The position numbers and the translations under genes are program-made. A DNA stretch of 64,000 nucleotides from an uncultured Aliarcobacter sp. (GTDB taxonomy: Bacteria > Campylobacterota > Campylobacteria > Campylobacterales > Arcobacteraceae), in assembly GCA_963677435.1 (NCBI GenBank), contig OY781945.1, positions 2,048,001-2,112,000 of the forward strand, written 5' to 3'. The notes below the pieces were generated by a model. The model saw only the letters and a program-made list of their open reading frames with translations. It was not told the DNA's origin and made no database searches. This document shows positions 7,430 through 15,944 of the stretch, one piece after another (the first letter of the stretch is position 1; each line of letters opens with the position of its first letter).

Positions 7430-10153
7430 CTAAGCCGCCAACGCTTCATTAAGTTCATCTATAATTTTATTCATCTCTTCTCCAAAAAGTTGCCACATTT
7501 TTCCTCTTCCACCTTGAGCATCAAATGGTGTATAGTCTAAGTCATCAATCTCTACATGTAAGCTAGTTGATATATGCTCTTTTATCATCCGTAACCACTC
7601 CATTTGTTCTGTACTATATTTTAAGCTTCCAGCTTGTTTTCCAAAGACCCATTTTTGAAAATTTTTATCTATTGTTAGGTCGAAGCCAGTGAGCTTAGTA
7701 TCTAGTCCTGTGAGTCGTCGCAGGATTGATACTAGAGCTATTATCTCACTTTTTGGGCTTTGTGGGTTTGTCTCTTCTAGTTGTCTGTATGCTTCCCAGA
7801 CTATGCTTGGAGCAAGGCGAGGTTTATTTGTTTTGATGTTTGTAAGTAGCTCTTTTACCATCTTTGATGTGAGTTCTCTTCTTCTATGTGGTTCGTTATA
7901 GAAGATTTTAAGGGCTGTTATCTCATCTTTATGCTCTTCTATGTAGTCTTTAAACTCTGTGATGATTTCATTTGCTTTATCGCTAGAGTCTTTGTCCCAA
8001 TCAGCCACGAGTACAGTATCAAGATTAACCACATCGATGATTTGTTCATGCACTTTTCGTACATTTTCAAGGTAGTCGTTTAACTCTCCATTAAAAGTTG
8101 TTTGCACCTCTTTTATAAGTTCATCTTGTGGTACACTCTCTAGTACATCAGGGTCATAGACATTGAGCAGGTCTTTGATGATATGATTGATACTTTTGCC
8201 ATCACTTAGTTCTATGATTTTCTCTTTTTCATCTTCGGTTATTTGCTTATCTAGCCTTATAAGTCTGTTTGCAAGTGAGGTGAAGAGGTCTTCATCTGTT
8301 GCACCCATAAGCACGGCTCCAAGTAAATCTTTCATTGGCACTGATGGTTTTCTCTCTAGTGGTCGGCTATCTGTTTTTTTAGACTTTGTAGCACCTATGG
8401 CATCTACTACCACAAAGTGAGTTTTTACTTTTGCCATGCGTGATACTTGTTGTAAGTCATCACTGTTGATAGTTCTGCTTCCTCTTCCTATCATCTGTTG
8501 GAAATAGTTGGTACTTTTTACATCTCTCATAAACAGCAACACTTCAAGAGGTTTGATATCTGTTCCTGTGGCTATCATATCTACTGTGACTGCTATTCGA
8601 GGGTTGTAGTTGTTTCTAAATTTGTTGATAACTGATTTTGGGTCTTCATCTATTTTATAGGTTACTTTTTTACAGAAGTCATTTCCCTCTCCAAACTCTT
8701 CACGAACTATTTTGATGATGTCATCTGCATGGGAGTCTGTTTTGGCGAATATTAGTGTTTTTGGTACTTCCATTTCACCATTTTCATCTATACGGTTTGG
8801 GAATATTTTTGGTAAGTTCTCTTTGTAGGCTTTGATGATGTTTCTTATTTGACTTGGATTTACCACATCTTTATCAAGTTTGTTAGCTGTATAAACTTCT
8901 TCCTCTTCTGTTCGCTCCCATCTTTTTCTTCGGCTTAGTTTTTCTCTTTTTTCTATGAGCTCTTTTGCCTCTATCTTTGCACCGTTTTTTGTTATCTCTG
9001 TTTCGATTACAAAGACATCATAAGGTACATTTACTCCATCTGCTACTGATTCTTCATAGGTGTATTCACTCACTACATTTTCATTGAAAAATCCAAATGT
9101 TCTTTTATCAGGTGTAGCTGTAAGCCCTACGAGGTATGAGTCAAAGTAGTCTAATACTTGTTGCCAAAGGTTATAGATAGATCGGTGGCACTCATCTATA
9201 ACGATAAAATCAAAAGTTTCTATACCGTATTTTTCATTGTACACCACTGGCAGTGGCTCTTTAGGTTTCCAGCTTGATTCGTTTGGGTTTTCTTCTTCGG
9301 CTTTGTCGTCTAGCTCTTCACCTTTTAGGATAGAGTAAAGTCTTTGAATAGTTGAGATACACACTTGTGCATCACTTGCTATATAGCTTGAACTAAGTCT
9401 TTGAACATTATAAAGCTCTGTAAATTTTCTATTGTCATCTTGTGGGACAAACTTCATAAACTCTTGTTCTGCTTGTTCTCCTAAGTTTTTTGTATCTACA
9501 AGAAAAAGTATCCTATTGGCTTTTGCAAACTTTAGAAGTCTATAGATAAATGAAGCTGCTGTAAATGTTTTACCTGCTCCTGTAGCCATTTGTATAAGTG
9601 CTCTTGGTTTGTTTTGTTTAAATGAGCTTTCAAGATTTCTAATGGCTTTGATTTGAGCTGGTCTGAAACCATCAGTTTCTAGCTCAGGAATATCAAAAAA
9701 TCTTCCCCTTAGAGTTTTGTCTTGTTTTGACCATGAAAGTAAAGTTTTGGGAGTATGAAAGCTAAATATTTCTCTAGCTCTTGGTTTTGGGTCTTGATAG
9801 TCTGTAAATCTTGTAAGTGCTCCCGTACTTTCATAGACAAATCGTAAAGGGTCGTTGTTTAAATATTTTAGTTTGGCATTAGCATAGCCAGATGATTGTT
9901 CTTCTACAGTTGAGAGATTTTGTCCAACATCTTCTTTTTTTGCTTCAACAATTCCAACAGGCTTTCTATCTACAAAAAGAACATAATCAGCTGGTCCTAC
10001 ATCTGTTTGGTACTCTTTTATAGCAATTCCAAGTGATTCGTTCCAGTTGATTTTTTTGGCACTTTGTATTGTCCAACCTGCATTTCGTAGTAACTTATCT
10101 ATGTTGTCTCTTGCAAATTGTTCTGGGTTTTGGTTTATATCATTTGTACTCAT
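7430..10153 (-). CDS. hsdR: Type I R-M restriction subunit
   Basis: ADYVLF..IVEAK nuclease motif, ATGAGKT Walker A, DECH, QMIGRGSR. Confidence 0.95.
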   Translation of the reverse strand: MSTNDINQNPEQFARDNIDKLLRNAGWTIQSAKKINWNESLGIAIKEYQTDVGPADYVLFVDRKPVGIVEAKKEDVGQNLSTVEEQSSGYANAKLKYLNNDPLRFVYESTGALTRFTDYQDPKPRAREIFSFHTPKTLLSWSKQDKTLRGRFFDIPELETDGFRPAQIKAIRNLESSFKQNKPRALIQMATGAGKTFTAASFIYRLLKFAKANRILFLVDTKNLGEQAEQEFMKFVPQDDNRKFTELYNVQRLSSSYIASDAQVCISTIQRLYSILKGEELDDKAEEENPNESSWKPKEPLPVVYNEKYGIETFDFIVIDECHRSIYNLWQQVLDYFDSYLVGLTATPDKRTFGFFNENVVSEYTYEESVADGVNVPYDVFVIETEITKNGAKIEAKELIEKREKLSRRKRWERTEEEEVYTANKLDKDVVNPSQIRNIIKAYKENLPKIFPNRIDENGEMEVPKTLIFAKTDSHADDIIKIVREEFGEGNDFCKKVTYKIDEDPKSVINKFRNNYNPRIAVTVDMIATGTDIKPLEVLLFMRDVKSTNYFQQMIGRGSRTINSDDLQQVSRMAKVKTHFVVVDAIGATKSKKTDSRPLERKPSVPMKDLLGAVLMGATDEDLFTSLANRLIRLDKQITEDEKEKIIELSDGKSINHIIKDLLNVYDPDVLESVPQDELIKEVQTTFNGELNDYLENVRKVHEQIIDVVNLDTVLVADWDKDSSDKANEIITEFKDYIEEHKDEITALKIFYNEPHRRRELTSKMVKELLTNIKTNKPRLAPSIVWEAYRQLEETNPQSPKSEIIALVSILRRLTGLDTKLTGFDLTIDKNFQKWVFGKQAGSLKYSTEQMEWLRMIKEHISTSLHVEIDDLDYTPFDAQGGRGKMWQLFGEEMNKIIDELNEALAA

Positions 10154-10156
10154 AGT

Positions 10157-10339
10157 TTACTTCTCATCCGCAGCTTTACCGCTTTTTACCCATGCATCAA
10201 CTTCATCTTTTCTAAAAAGCCATTTTCTACCCACTTTATTTGCAGGCATTTGTTTTTGCTCAATCCATTTATAAACTGTATCTCTTGTAGTGTGCAGGTA
10301 TTCGCATATTTCGTTGACAGTAAGCCATTTGTCTTCCAT
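10157..10339 (-). CDS. Excisionase-like/HTH_17 DNA-binding protein (60 aa), probable regulator of the defence operon
   Basis: MEDKWLTVNEICEYL..RDTVYKWI...MPANKVGRKWLFRKDEVDAWVK; start moved to ATG 10339, which follows an AAGGTG SD. Confidence 0.85.
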   Translation of the reverse strand: MEDKWLTVNEICEYLHTTRDTVYKWIEQKQMPANKVGRKWLFRKDEVDAWVKSGKAADEK

Positions 10340-10431
10340 GATTAGCACCTTGAATAAAATATCATTTATTTTACTCAAATTTGGCTAAGTATAAGTTGTA
10401 TTGATGAATAGTAATGAATAATTTTGCTAGG

Positions 10432-10647
10432 CTATTGCCAAAAATAAACATTTACTGCAAAAACAATCAGCATTAGCACTACATCAACTTTCCAACTCCA
10501 GTAGTTAGCAATGTTGTTAAAATCACCGCCACTTGATTCATAATCTTCATTATCATTGCTACTTGAACCGTACGGTGTACCACCTGCATCAATTCCTCCA
10601 CCTGACATCGATAAGCCTGTAGTTGGATTATAATCATACATAATCAA
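10432..10647 (-). CDS. Small hypothetical protein with Gly-rich N-terminus and C-terminal hydrophobic helix
   Basis: ORF preceded by AGGAGA SD; NPTTGLSMSGGGIDAGGTPYG; VVLMLIVFAVNVYFW. Confidence 0.6.
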   Translation of the reverse strand: MIMYDYNPTTGLSMSGGGIDAGGTPYGSSSNDNEDYESSGGDFNNIANYWSWKVDVVLMLIVFAVNVYFWQ

Positions 10648-10661
10648 TTTCTCCTGTTATT

Positions 10662-12200
10662 TTAAGAATTTGTTTTTTCTATCGAATCTAAAACAAACCT
10701 CGCAAATGGCTCTATATTTTCTTCAACACTTGCACTCTCAAGTGCATTCATATACTCATCTCTTCTCTCAACTTTTATAACAGTCCAGTTTATTCCACCA
10801 AGAATCAAAAAAGCATTCATGATAAATCTTGCCATTCTTCCATTTCCATCCATATATGGGTGGATATATCCAAAAAGATGATGACCTAAAACTGCTTTTA
10901 CAAATGGATCTTTCTCGTTTGCCAATAACTCAAAATAAGTCTCCATAGCATCTAGCAGTTCACACGCTTCAAGTGGTACATGTTGTGAATTTCTAATAAA
11001 CACTTGATGTCTTCTATATCCTACTAGATCACTAGCTTTTAAAAGACCAGATTGAACACTTGGAGTAAATAGTTTAATAAACCATTTTGAGTGAAGTTTT
11101 TCTACAAATTTATTACCATATTTGTTTGTTGTTACTTCCTCTTTTAAGTCATTTTTTATTTCATTAAAAACTTCAAAATAACCTTTAGCAGCAAGTGCAT
11201 CTTTTGTTTTTTTATCATTATCATCAAGCTCTGGATTCCAGTTTCCTTTTGTCACTTTTTCTATTAAATCATCTGTGATTTTATACCCTTCAATAGATAG
11301 TGAGTGATACATATCTTGCTCTTTTACAATTTCTAGCATAGACTCTATTTTTTGGGCTGAAAAAGTAGTTTTTGGTATCTTTTGTCCAATCTTTTCTACA
11401 ACATCTCTATAATTATTCCACATCGCTTCAAGTTTAAGTGAGGTTACTGATTTTGGTTTATTTGATGATAAAAATCTTACGGCATCTTTGTTAAATGGAT
11501 TTGTTGAATTTAATGAGCCACCAAAAGTGGCATCATAGAGTGATTTTAAAATACCAGCTTCTTCATTTCTCTCAAAAAATAGAAGTGCTCCATGGATTCT
11601 ACTTGCTGCTGTTGTCATTTTGGATTTTGAGTCGGTTAAGATTTCAATAGTTTTTTGAAAATCCCATTTTGAGGTCATAAGTATCTCTACCTCTTTTTGT
11701 TTATCTCTATAGTATGTTGGTCCTGCTTTACAAAGAGCGTATTCAACACTCATCACATTTATACCTCGCAAGCTTGTAATATGCTCTTTTTTAGGGAAGT
11801 TATTAATATCAGGATAAGTTAAAAGTGATGTATTAAAAGGCAGTTTGATATTTGATACGGCTCCTGTTTTTGTGATGATTGAGATTTGTTTTGGGATATA
11901 TCTTTCATTGTTGTGAAGTAAAAGTGAAGCTTCAGGGTTTAGACAATAAGCGGATTTGAATCTTTTTTTGAGGTATTTATTTATAAATTCCCAATAATTT
12001 ATATACCAAGATGTTGTTTCATATTCTAGTTCAGCGGGACTTGATAAATAAACCCATCCGTTTATAATCTCTTTTAAAAATCCAGCTTTTTTAAGCTCAG
12101 TAACTTCTAGTGGTTCAAACTCTTTTGTTTCAAAAACTTGTGATTTATTTTGTAGTTTTTTTATTTTTTTAAGTCCAGAACTTAGTGCTTGATTTTTCAT
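10662..12200 (-). CDS. Fic family protein with long N-terminal extension
   Basis: HPYMDGNGRMAR Fic motif; YHSLSIEG. Confidence 0.9.
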   Translation of the reverse strand: MKNQALSSGLKKIKKLQNKSQVFETKEFEPLEVTELKKAGFLKEIINGWVYLSSPAELEYETTSWYINYWEFINKYLKKRFKSAYCLNPEASLLLHNNERYIPKQISIITKTGAVSNIKLPFNTSLLTYPDINNFPKKEHITSLRGINVMSVEYALCKAGPTYYRDKQKEVEILMTSKWDFQKTIEILTDSKSKMTTAASRIHGALLFFERNEEAGILKSLYDATFGGSLNSTNPFNKDAVRFLSSNKPKSVTSLKLEAMWNNYRDVVEKIGQKIPKTTFSAQKIESMLEIVKEQDMYHSLSIEGYKITDDLIEKVTKGNWNPELDDNDKKTKDALAAKGYFEVFNEIKNDLKEEVTTNKYGNKFVEKLHSKWFIKLFTPSVQSGLLKASDLVGYRRHQVFIRNSQHVPLEACELLDAMETYFELLANEKDPFVKAVLGHHLFGYIHPYMDGNGRMARFIMNAFLILGGINWTVIKVERRDEYMNALESASVEENIEPFARFVLDSIEKTNS

Positions 12201-12226
12201 AATTTTCCCTCTTTTGTCTTAAAACC

Positions 12227-12235
12227 ATTATATCA
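12227..12235 (-). promoter_or_regulatory. Extended -10 promoter (TGnTATAAT) of the Fic gene
   Basis: Minus strand reads TGATATAAT about 27 nt upstream of the ATG. Confidence 0.65.
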
Positions 12236-12237
12236 CA

Positions 12238-12314
12238 TTACTTTTGTATTTGATATAAAATTACTTTGTTTTTTAAAATAAATTTACTTTTGTTTTTACT
12301 TCTATATTACTTTG
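12238..12314. repeat. Four TTACTTT direct repeats with exact 23-bp period
   Basis: Copies start at 12238, 12261, 12284 and 12307; a partial copy at 12296. Confidence 0.75.
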
Positions 12315-12318
12315 AAAA

Positions 12319-13611
12319 TCATTTTAAAATATTTAAAACTTCGATAAGTTGCTTTTCTGTTTTATCTGGAAATAAAAGTTTTAATTGATTTAATTTTTCA
12401 CTATCAATAGGAGCTACTGTTTTCTCCCCAAAAATTTCATCCAACATATCATCAATTACTTTACCAAAGGAGTAATAATTGATTTTTCCATATCTACTTG
12501 TGATAGTTTTATTTTGTTTATGTCCTAAAATTGCACCTGCAACATCATCTCCAATACCCATTCCATTTTTCAAATATGTAGCGATGCAATTTCTTATTTG
12601 GTGGATTACTATTGGTTTGTTTTTCCAATGATTTCTAATAGCACCTTTACTATAAGGTTCATTTTTATTATTAATTTTTGTAAAAATATATCCACTTTTT
12701 TTAATACCAATAGATTCTAAAGTCTCTTTTAATCTATGAGATAGATGATAAATCATATCAACCCTTGCTTTGTTATTTAAAGCTCTTACCGTATAAATAT
12801 TCTCTTCAAAATTTATATCGCTCCACTCTAAAGTTACCACTTCACCAAATCTTCTTCCGTGCATCAAAAACATAAAAATTTCTCTCACGGGAGTTATTGG
12901 ATAATTTTTTAGCTCATTAAAAAGCTCTTTTATCTCCTCTAAAGTTAGCTCCAAACCCCTTTCATTATTTAGTGGTGGCAAATCTCTTTGAAGTGCGGGA
13001 GATGGGATATTTATACCAAATTTTGCTGCTTTCATATTAAAGTATTTAAAAATTGGATTTACAGACTGATAAACACCCCTTGATGTTCTCTCTGCCATTC
13101 CTGCTTTTTTCATAGTTGATACAACTTTATGAATATCTTCTTCATCAATCATACCGATTGGTTTGTTCATGATTGATTTTAACCATTTATTATGAAATTG
13201 CTCAAACTTTTTTCGTGGAAACTCTTTTTTATCATCCCTTGCTTCATACTGAGCAACTTTATACTCTAAATATAGCTCATAAACCTTACTGTAAGACATA
13301 TCAGTTGTAAACTCTTGTTTTGTATATGCTTCCACACTTATTTCATCCATCAGGTTTTCATAAACTTTTGAAGCTTTTTTGATTGCATCAAGGAGTGTTG
13401 TATTTTGATCAAATACCATTGTTTTTTTCTTTTGATTTATTTTACCTTGTATCATTTTTGAAGCTCTTATGAGCAATTTATAAGGCTTTGTAAATGTTAT
13501 GTTTGAGTTTATGATTTTTTTATCTTTGATTTTGCTAGATGGAATTTGCCCATCATCTTTGTAACTCAAACCGCTAGTATTTACTTTTTTTATATCAAAT
13601 GTCAGTAGCAT
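12319..13611 (-). CDS. Tyrosine recombinase/integrase
   Basis: HGRRFGEV (R), NNKAR (K), HQIR (HxxR), ILGH, TSRY (Y). Confidence 0.92.
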   Translation of the reverse strand: MLLTFDIKKVNTSGLSYKDDGQIPSSKIKDKKIINSNITFTKPYKLLIRASKMIQGKINQKKKTMVFDQNTTLLDAIKKASKVYENLMDEISVEAYTKQEFTTDMSYSKVYELYLEYKVAQYEARDDKKEFPRKKFEQFHNKWLKSIMNKPIGMIDEEDIHKVVSTMKKAGMAERTSRGVYQSVNPIFKYFNMKAAKFGINIPSPALQRDLPPLNNERGLELTLEEIKELFNELKNYPITPVREIFMFLMHGRRFGEVVTLEWSDINFEENIYTVRALNNKARVDMIYHLSHRLKETLESIGIKKSGYIFTKINNKNEPYSKGAIRNHWKNKPIVIHQIRNCIATYLKNGMGIGDDVAGAILGHKQNKTITSRYGKINYYSFGKVIDDMLDEIFGEKTVAPIDSEKLNQLKLLFPDKTEKQLIEVLNILK

Positions 13612-14170
13612 TTGTTTTTTCCTTTATAAAACTAACTGCTTTTTTAATTGTTTCTTCAAGTGTAGTGATTACAAAAGTTTTTTTATAAGCTTTTCTTTTT
13701 CCATTTTCAATAGTTATCGCTTTTCTTACTTTTACTCTTGCTTCATCTGGTAATTCTAATCCATCAAATTTACAAATTTTTCCATCATAGTTTAAAAACT
13801 CATCATCGATAATCACAGGAGTCGTTACAGAAATATTTTTATAACCTTCAATTAAATATTGATCTGGTAATTTTTTTATATGAACTTTCTTTTCAGATTT
13901 GTATTTATCAAGTAGTTTTTCAACTTTTGGAGCATAAACCAAAGAGTTAAACATAATTATTTGTTTCGTTGTATTTTCATTGAATATATTTGCTTTTTGT
14001 TTTTTAGCTCTACTGCAACAAGGAACTAAATTATTAAGCTCATCATTTCCACCCTTTGATAAAGGCTGAATATAATCAATATGCATATCAAACATAGTGA
14101 TTGGTATTCCTGTGTAAAAACACAAACCATCATGAGCTTCCCATAGTGATCTTTTTAATTCTTGATTCAT
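13595..14170 (-). CDS. Degenerate HNH endonuclease-like protein with a C-terminal segment resembling the integrase N-terminus
   Basis: CFYTG..MHIDYIQPLSKGGNDELNNLVPCC; likely start ATG 14170 (ORF track extends to 14206). Confidence 0.7.
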   Translation of the reverse strand: MNQELKRSLWEAHDGLCFYTGIPITMFDMHIDYIQPLSKGGNDELNNLVPCCSRAKKQKANIFNENTTKQIIMFNSLVYAPKVEKLLDKYKSEKKVHIKKLPDQYLIEGYKNISVTTPVIIDDEFLNYDGKICKFDGLELPDEARVKVRKAITIENGKRKAYKKTFVITTLEETIKKAVSFIKEKTNATDI

Positions 14171-14188
14171 AACTAAATCCTTTTTGCG

Positions 14189-14216
14189 TGTACCTTTTTG
14201 GGACAAAAAAGGTACA
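14189..14216. repeat. Perfect 11-bp inverted repeat TGTACCTTTTT-N6-AAAAAGGTACA
   Basis: Read directly; lies between the HNH/integrase genes and the att site. Confidence 0.75.
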
Positions 14217-14337
14217 TAAATTACTATATATATTTGGATTTAATTATATTTATTTATAGTTTAAAAGAATTTTAAAAGCCCTTAAATAAAGCTTTCTTGT
14301 GTGTCATCTGTATGTATGTGTGTCTTTATTTAAAGGC

Positions 14338-14393
14338 GATTCAAAATCCCTCGCCCTTTGGGTATGTCGGTTCAAGTCCGACTAGCGGTACCA
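14338..14393 (+). tRNA. 3' fragment of tRNA-Leu(CAA), anticodon loop to CCA; interpreted as the island att direct repeat, not an intact tRNA
   Basis: GATTCAAAATCCCTCGCCCTTTGGGTATGTCGGTTCAAGTCCGACTAGCGGTACCA: CAA anticodon, long variable arm, T-arm GTCGG-TTCAAGT-CCGAC, CCA; no 5' acceptor strand or D-arm upstream. Confidence 0.88.
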
Positions 14394-14507
14394 TTTATTA
14401 TCTCAATATATTAAAAAAACTATATAGAGCTTTTCAATAAAAATCTCATATAATATTTTAACAACTACCCACAAAATATGTGGATAATTTCTAACTATTT
14501 TGTTTAA

Positions 14508-15944
14508 TTATAATCCTCTATAAATATTAATCAATTGATTTTTATCAATTTTATGATTTGTGTTATATGGAAATTTATCTAAAACAACTATATCTGAAGG
14601 AATCATATAATATGGTAATACTTCTGAAATCTCTTTTTTAAGCTCTTCTATTTCAATTTGAGTATTTATAATAATAAATGTGATTAGTTTTACCACTTCT
14701 GTTCCTCTTTTTAAAGGAATTGTGATTGATTCATTTATGTTTTTATTATTTGTAAACTCTTTATCAATCTCCCCTATTTCTATTCTGAAACCATGAAGTT
14801 TGATTAACTCATCTTTTCTATTTGCAAAGAAAAGCATATTATCTTCAAAATATCCAAAATCTCCTGTTCTAAAACTTCTTTTTTCATATTTTGCTTCAAA
14901 TTTTTGGGCATTTAACTCTTCATTTTTAAAATATCCAATAGAAACATTATCACCAACTATCTCTATTTCTCCAACATTTTCACTATCAATATCTAATAGA
15001 TTTATTACTGTATTTGCTTTTACATATCCAACTGGTAAACTTTTTGAATACTTCTCAATTATTGCAGGTGTAATATCCACTAAAGTAGTAGCAACAGTAG
15101 CCTCTGTTGGCCCATAAGTGTTAAGAACTTTTGAGCTAGGAAAACTATTCAGAATTCTTTTTGCAGTCATAGCAGGCAATACTTCTCCGCAAAATAGGAA
15201 AGTTTGTAAACTTTTTATTTCATTGGTTGTAAATTCAGATGAAAGTAAATATTTACTAATAAATGATGGAGTTGATACCCAAGTATTACACTTATATTTT
15301 TTTAATCGTTCAAAATACTCAATATGATTTTCAAGTAATTCTCTACTATTTAAAATAATAGTTCCACCAAATGATAAGAATCCAACAAGTTCATATACTG
15401 ATAAATCAAAACTAAAAGGTGCTTGATTCATGAATACACTATCTTTTGAAAATTTAAAATCAGATTCTAGCCACTTATTAAAATCTAATATTGAGTTTTG
15501 TGTTATTTGAACACCTTTTGGCTCACCTGTACTTCCAGATGTAAATATAATATATATAATTGGATCAGCTAAATCATATGAAGTATTTACATTATCTTTG
15601 TTAAAATCTAAAGCATCATCAATAGTATTGATTATAAGTGCAGAACTTACAATATTTACAATTTTTTGAAGTCTCTCTTTTGGATAAATTGTATCAACTG
15701 GAATATATGGTAATCCTAAACTCATACATGCTGTCATTGTTACTATAAACTTAGCTTCTTTATGTCCATAAATAACTACTGGATGACCTTTTGGTAAATT
15801 ATAGTTTGAAATTTCAGTTTTAAGTTTTTCAACTTCATTTTTAAATTCAAGCCAAGTTAAATCTTTATCACTAGCACATATTGCCAATTTTTCAGAATCT
15901 TTGTCACAATCAACAAAGTCTAATACTTTTAAATCAAATCTCAT
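14508..15944 (-). CDS. dltA: D-alanine--carrier protein ligase
   Basis: YIIFTSGSTGEPKG, NQAPFSFDLSV, FLFCGE, NTYGPTEAT; operon context. Confidence 0.9.
   Translation of the reverse strand: MRFDLKVLDFVDCDKDSEKLAICASDKDLTWLEFKNEVEKLKTEISNYNLPKGHPVVIYGHKEAKFIVTMTACMSLGLPYIPVDTIYPKERLQKIVNIVSSALIINTIDDALDFNKDNVNTSYDLADPIIYIIFTSGSTGEPKGVQITQNSILDFNKWLESDFKFSKDSVFMNQAPFSFDLSVYELVGFLSFGGTIILNSRELLENHIEYFERLKKYKCNTWVSTPSFISKYLLSSEFTTNEIKSLQTFLFCGEVLPAMTAKRILNSFPSSKVLNTYGPTEATVATTLVDITPAIIEKYSKSLPVGYVKANTVINLLDIDSENVGEIEIVGDNVSIGYFKNEELNAQKFEAKYEKRSFRTGDFGYFEDNMLFFANRKDELIKLHGFRIEIGEIDKEFTNNKNINESITIPLKRGTEVVKLITFIIINTQIEIEELKKEISEVLPYYMIPSDIVVLDKFPYNTNHKIDKNQLINIYRGL

Larger units (their letters stand above)
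1..14393. mobile_element. Right part of an integrative genomic/defence island inserted at tRNA-Leu(CAA); left end lies outside the window
   Basis: Tyrosine integrase close to a tRNA 3' fragment; cargo of R-M, Fic, TIR and RT genes; chromosomal-type genes resume after 14393. Confidence 0.85.

Noticed and set aside
4488..10339. MADS system
   Set aside because: Only the mad1-like HTH matches; the following genes are a standard hsdR-S-M set with no kinase or AAA genes.
12238..12314. CRISPR array
   Set aside because: The repeat is 7 bp with a 23-bp period, far too short, and there are no cas genes in the window.
14305..14393. Intact tRNA-Leu gene
   Set aside because: The 5' acceptor strand, D-arm and most of the 5' anticodon stem are missing.
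14465..14487. Perfect DnaA box (TGTGGATAA at 14479-14487) suggesting an origin
   Set aside because: Single copy, part of a small hairpin just past the dltA stop; more likely a terminator or chance.
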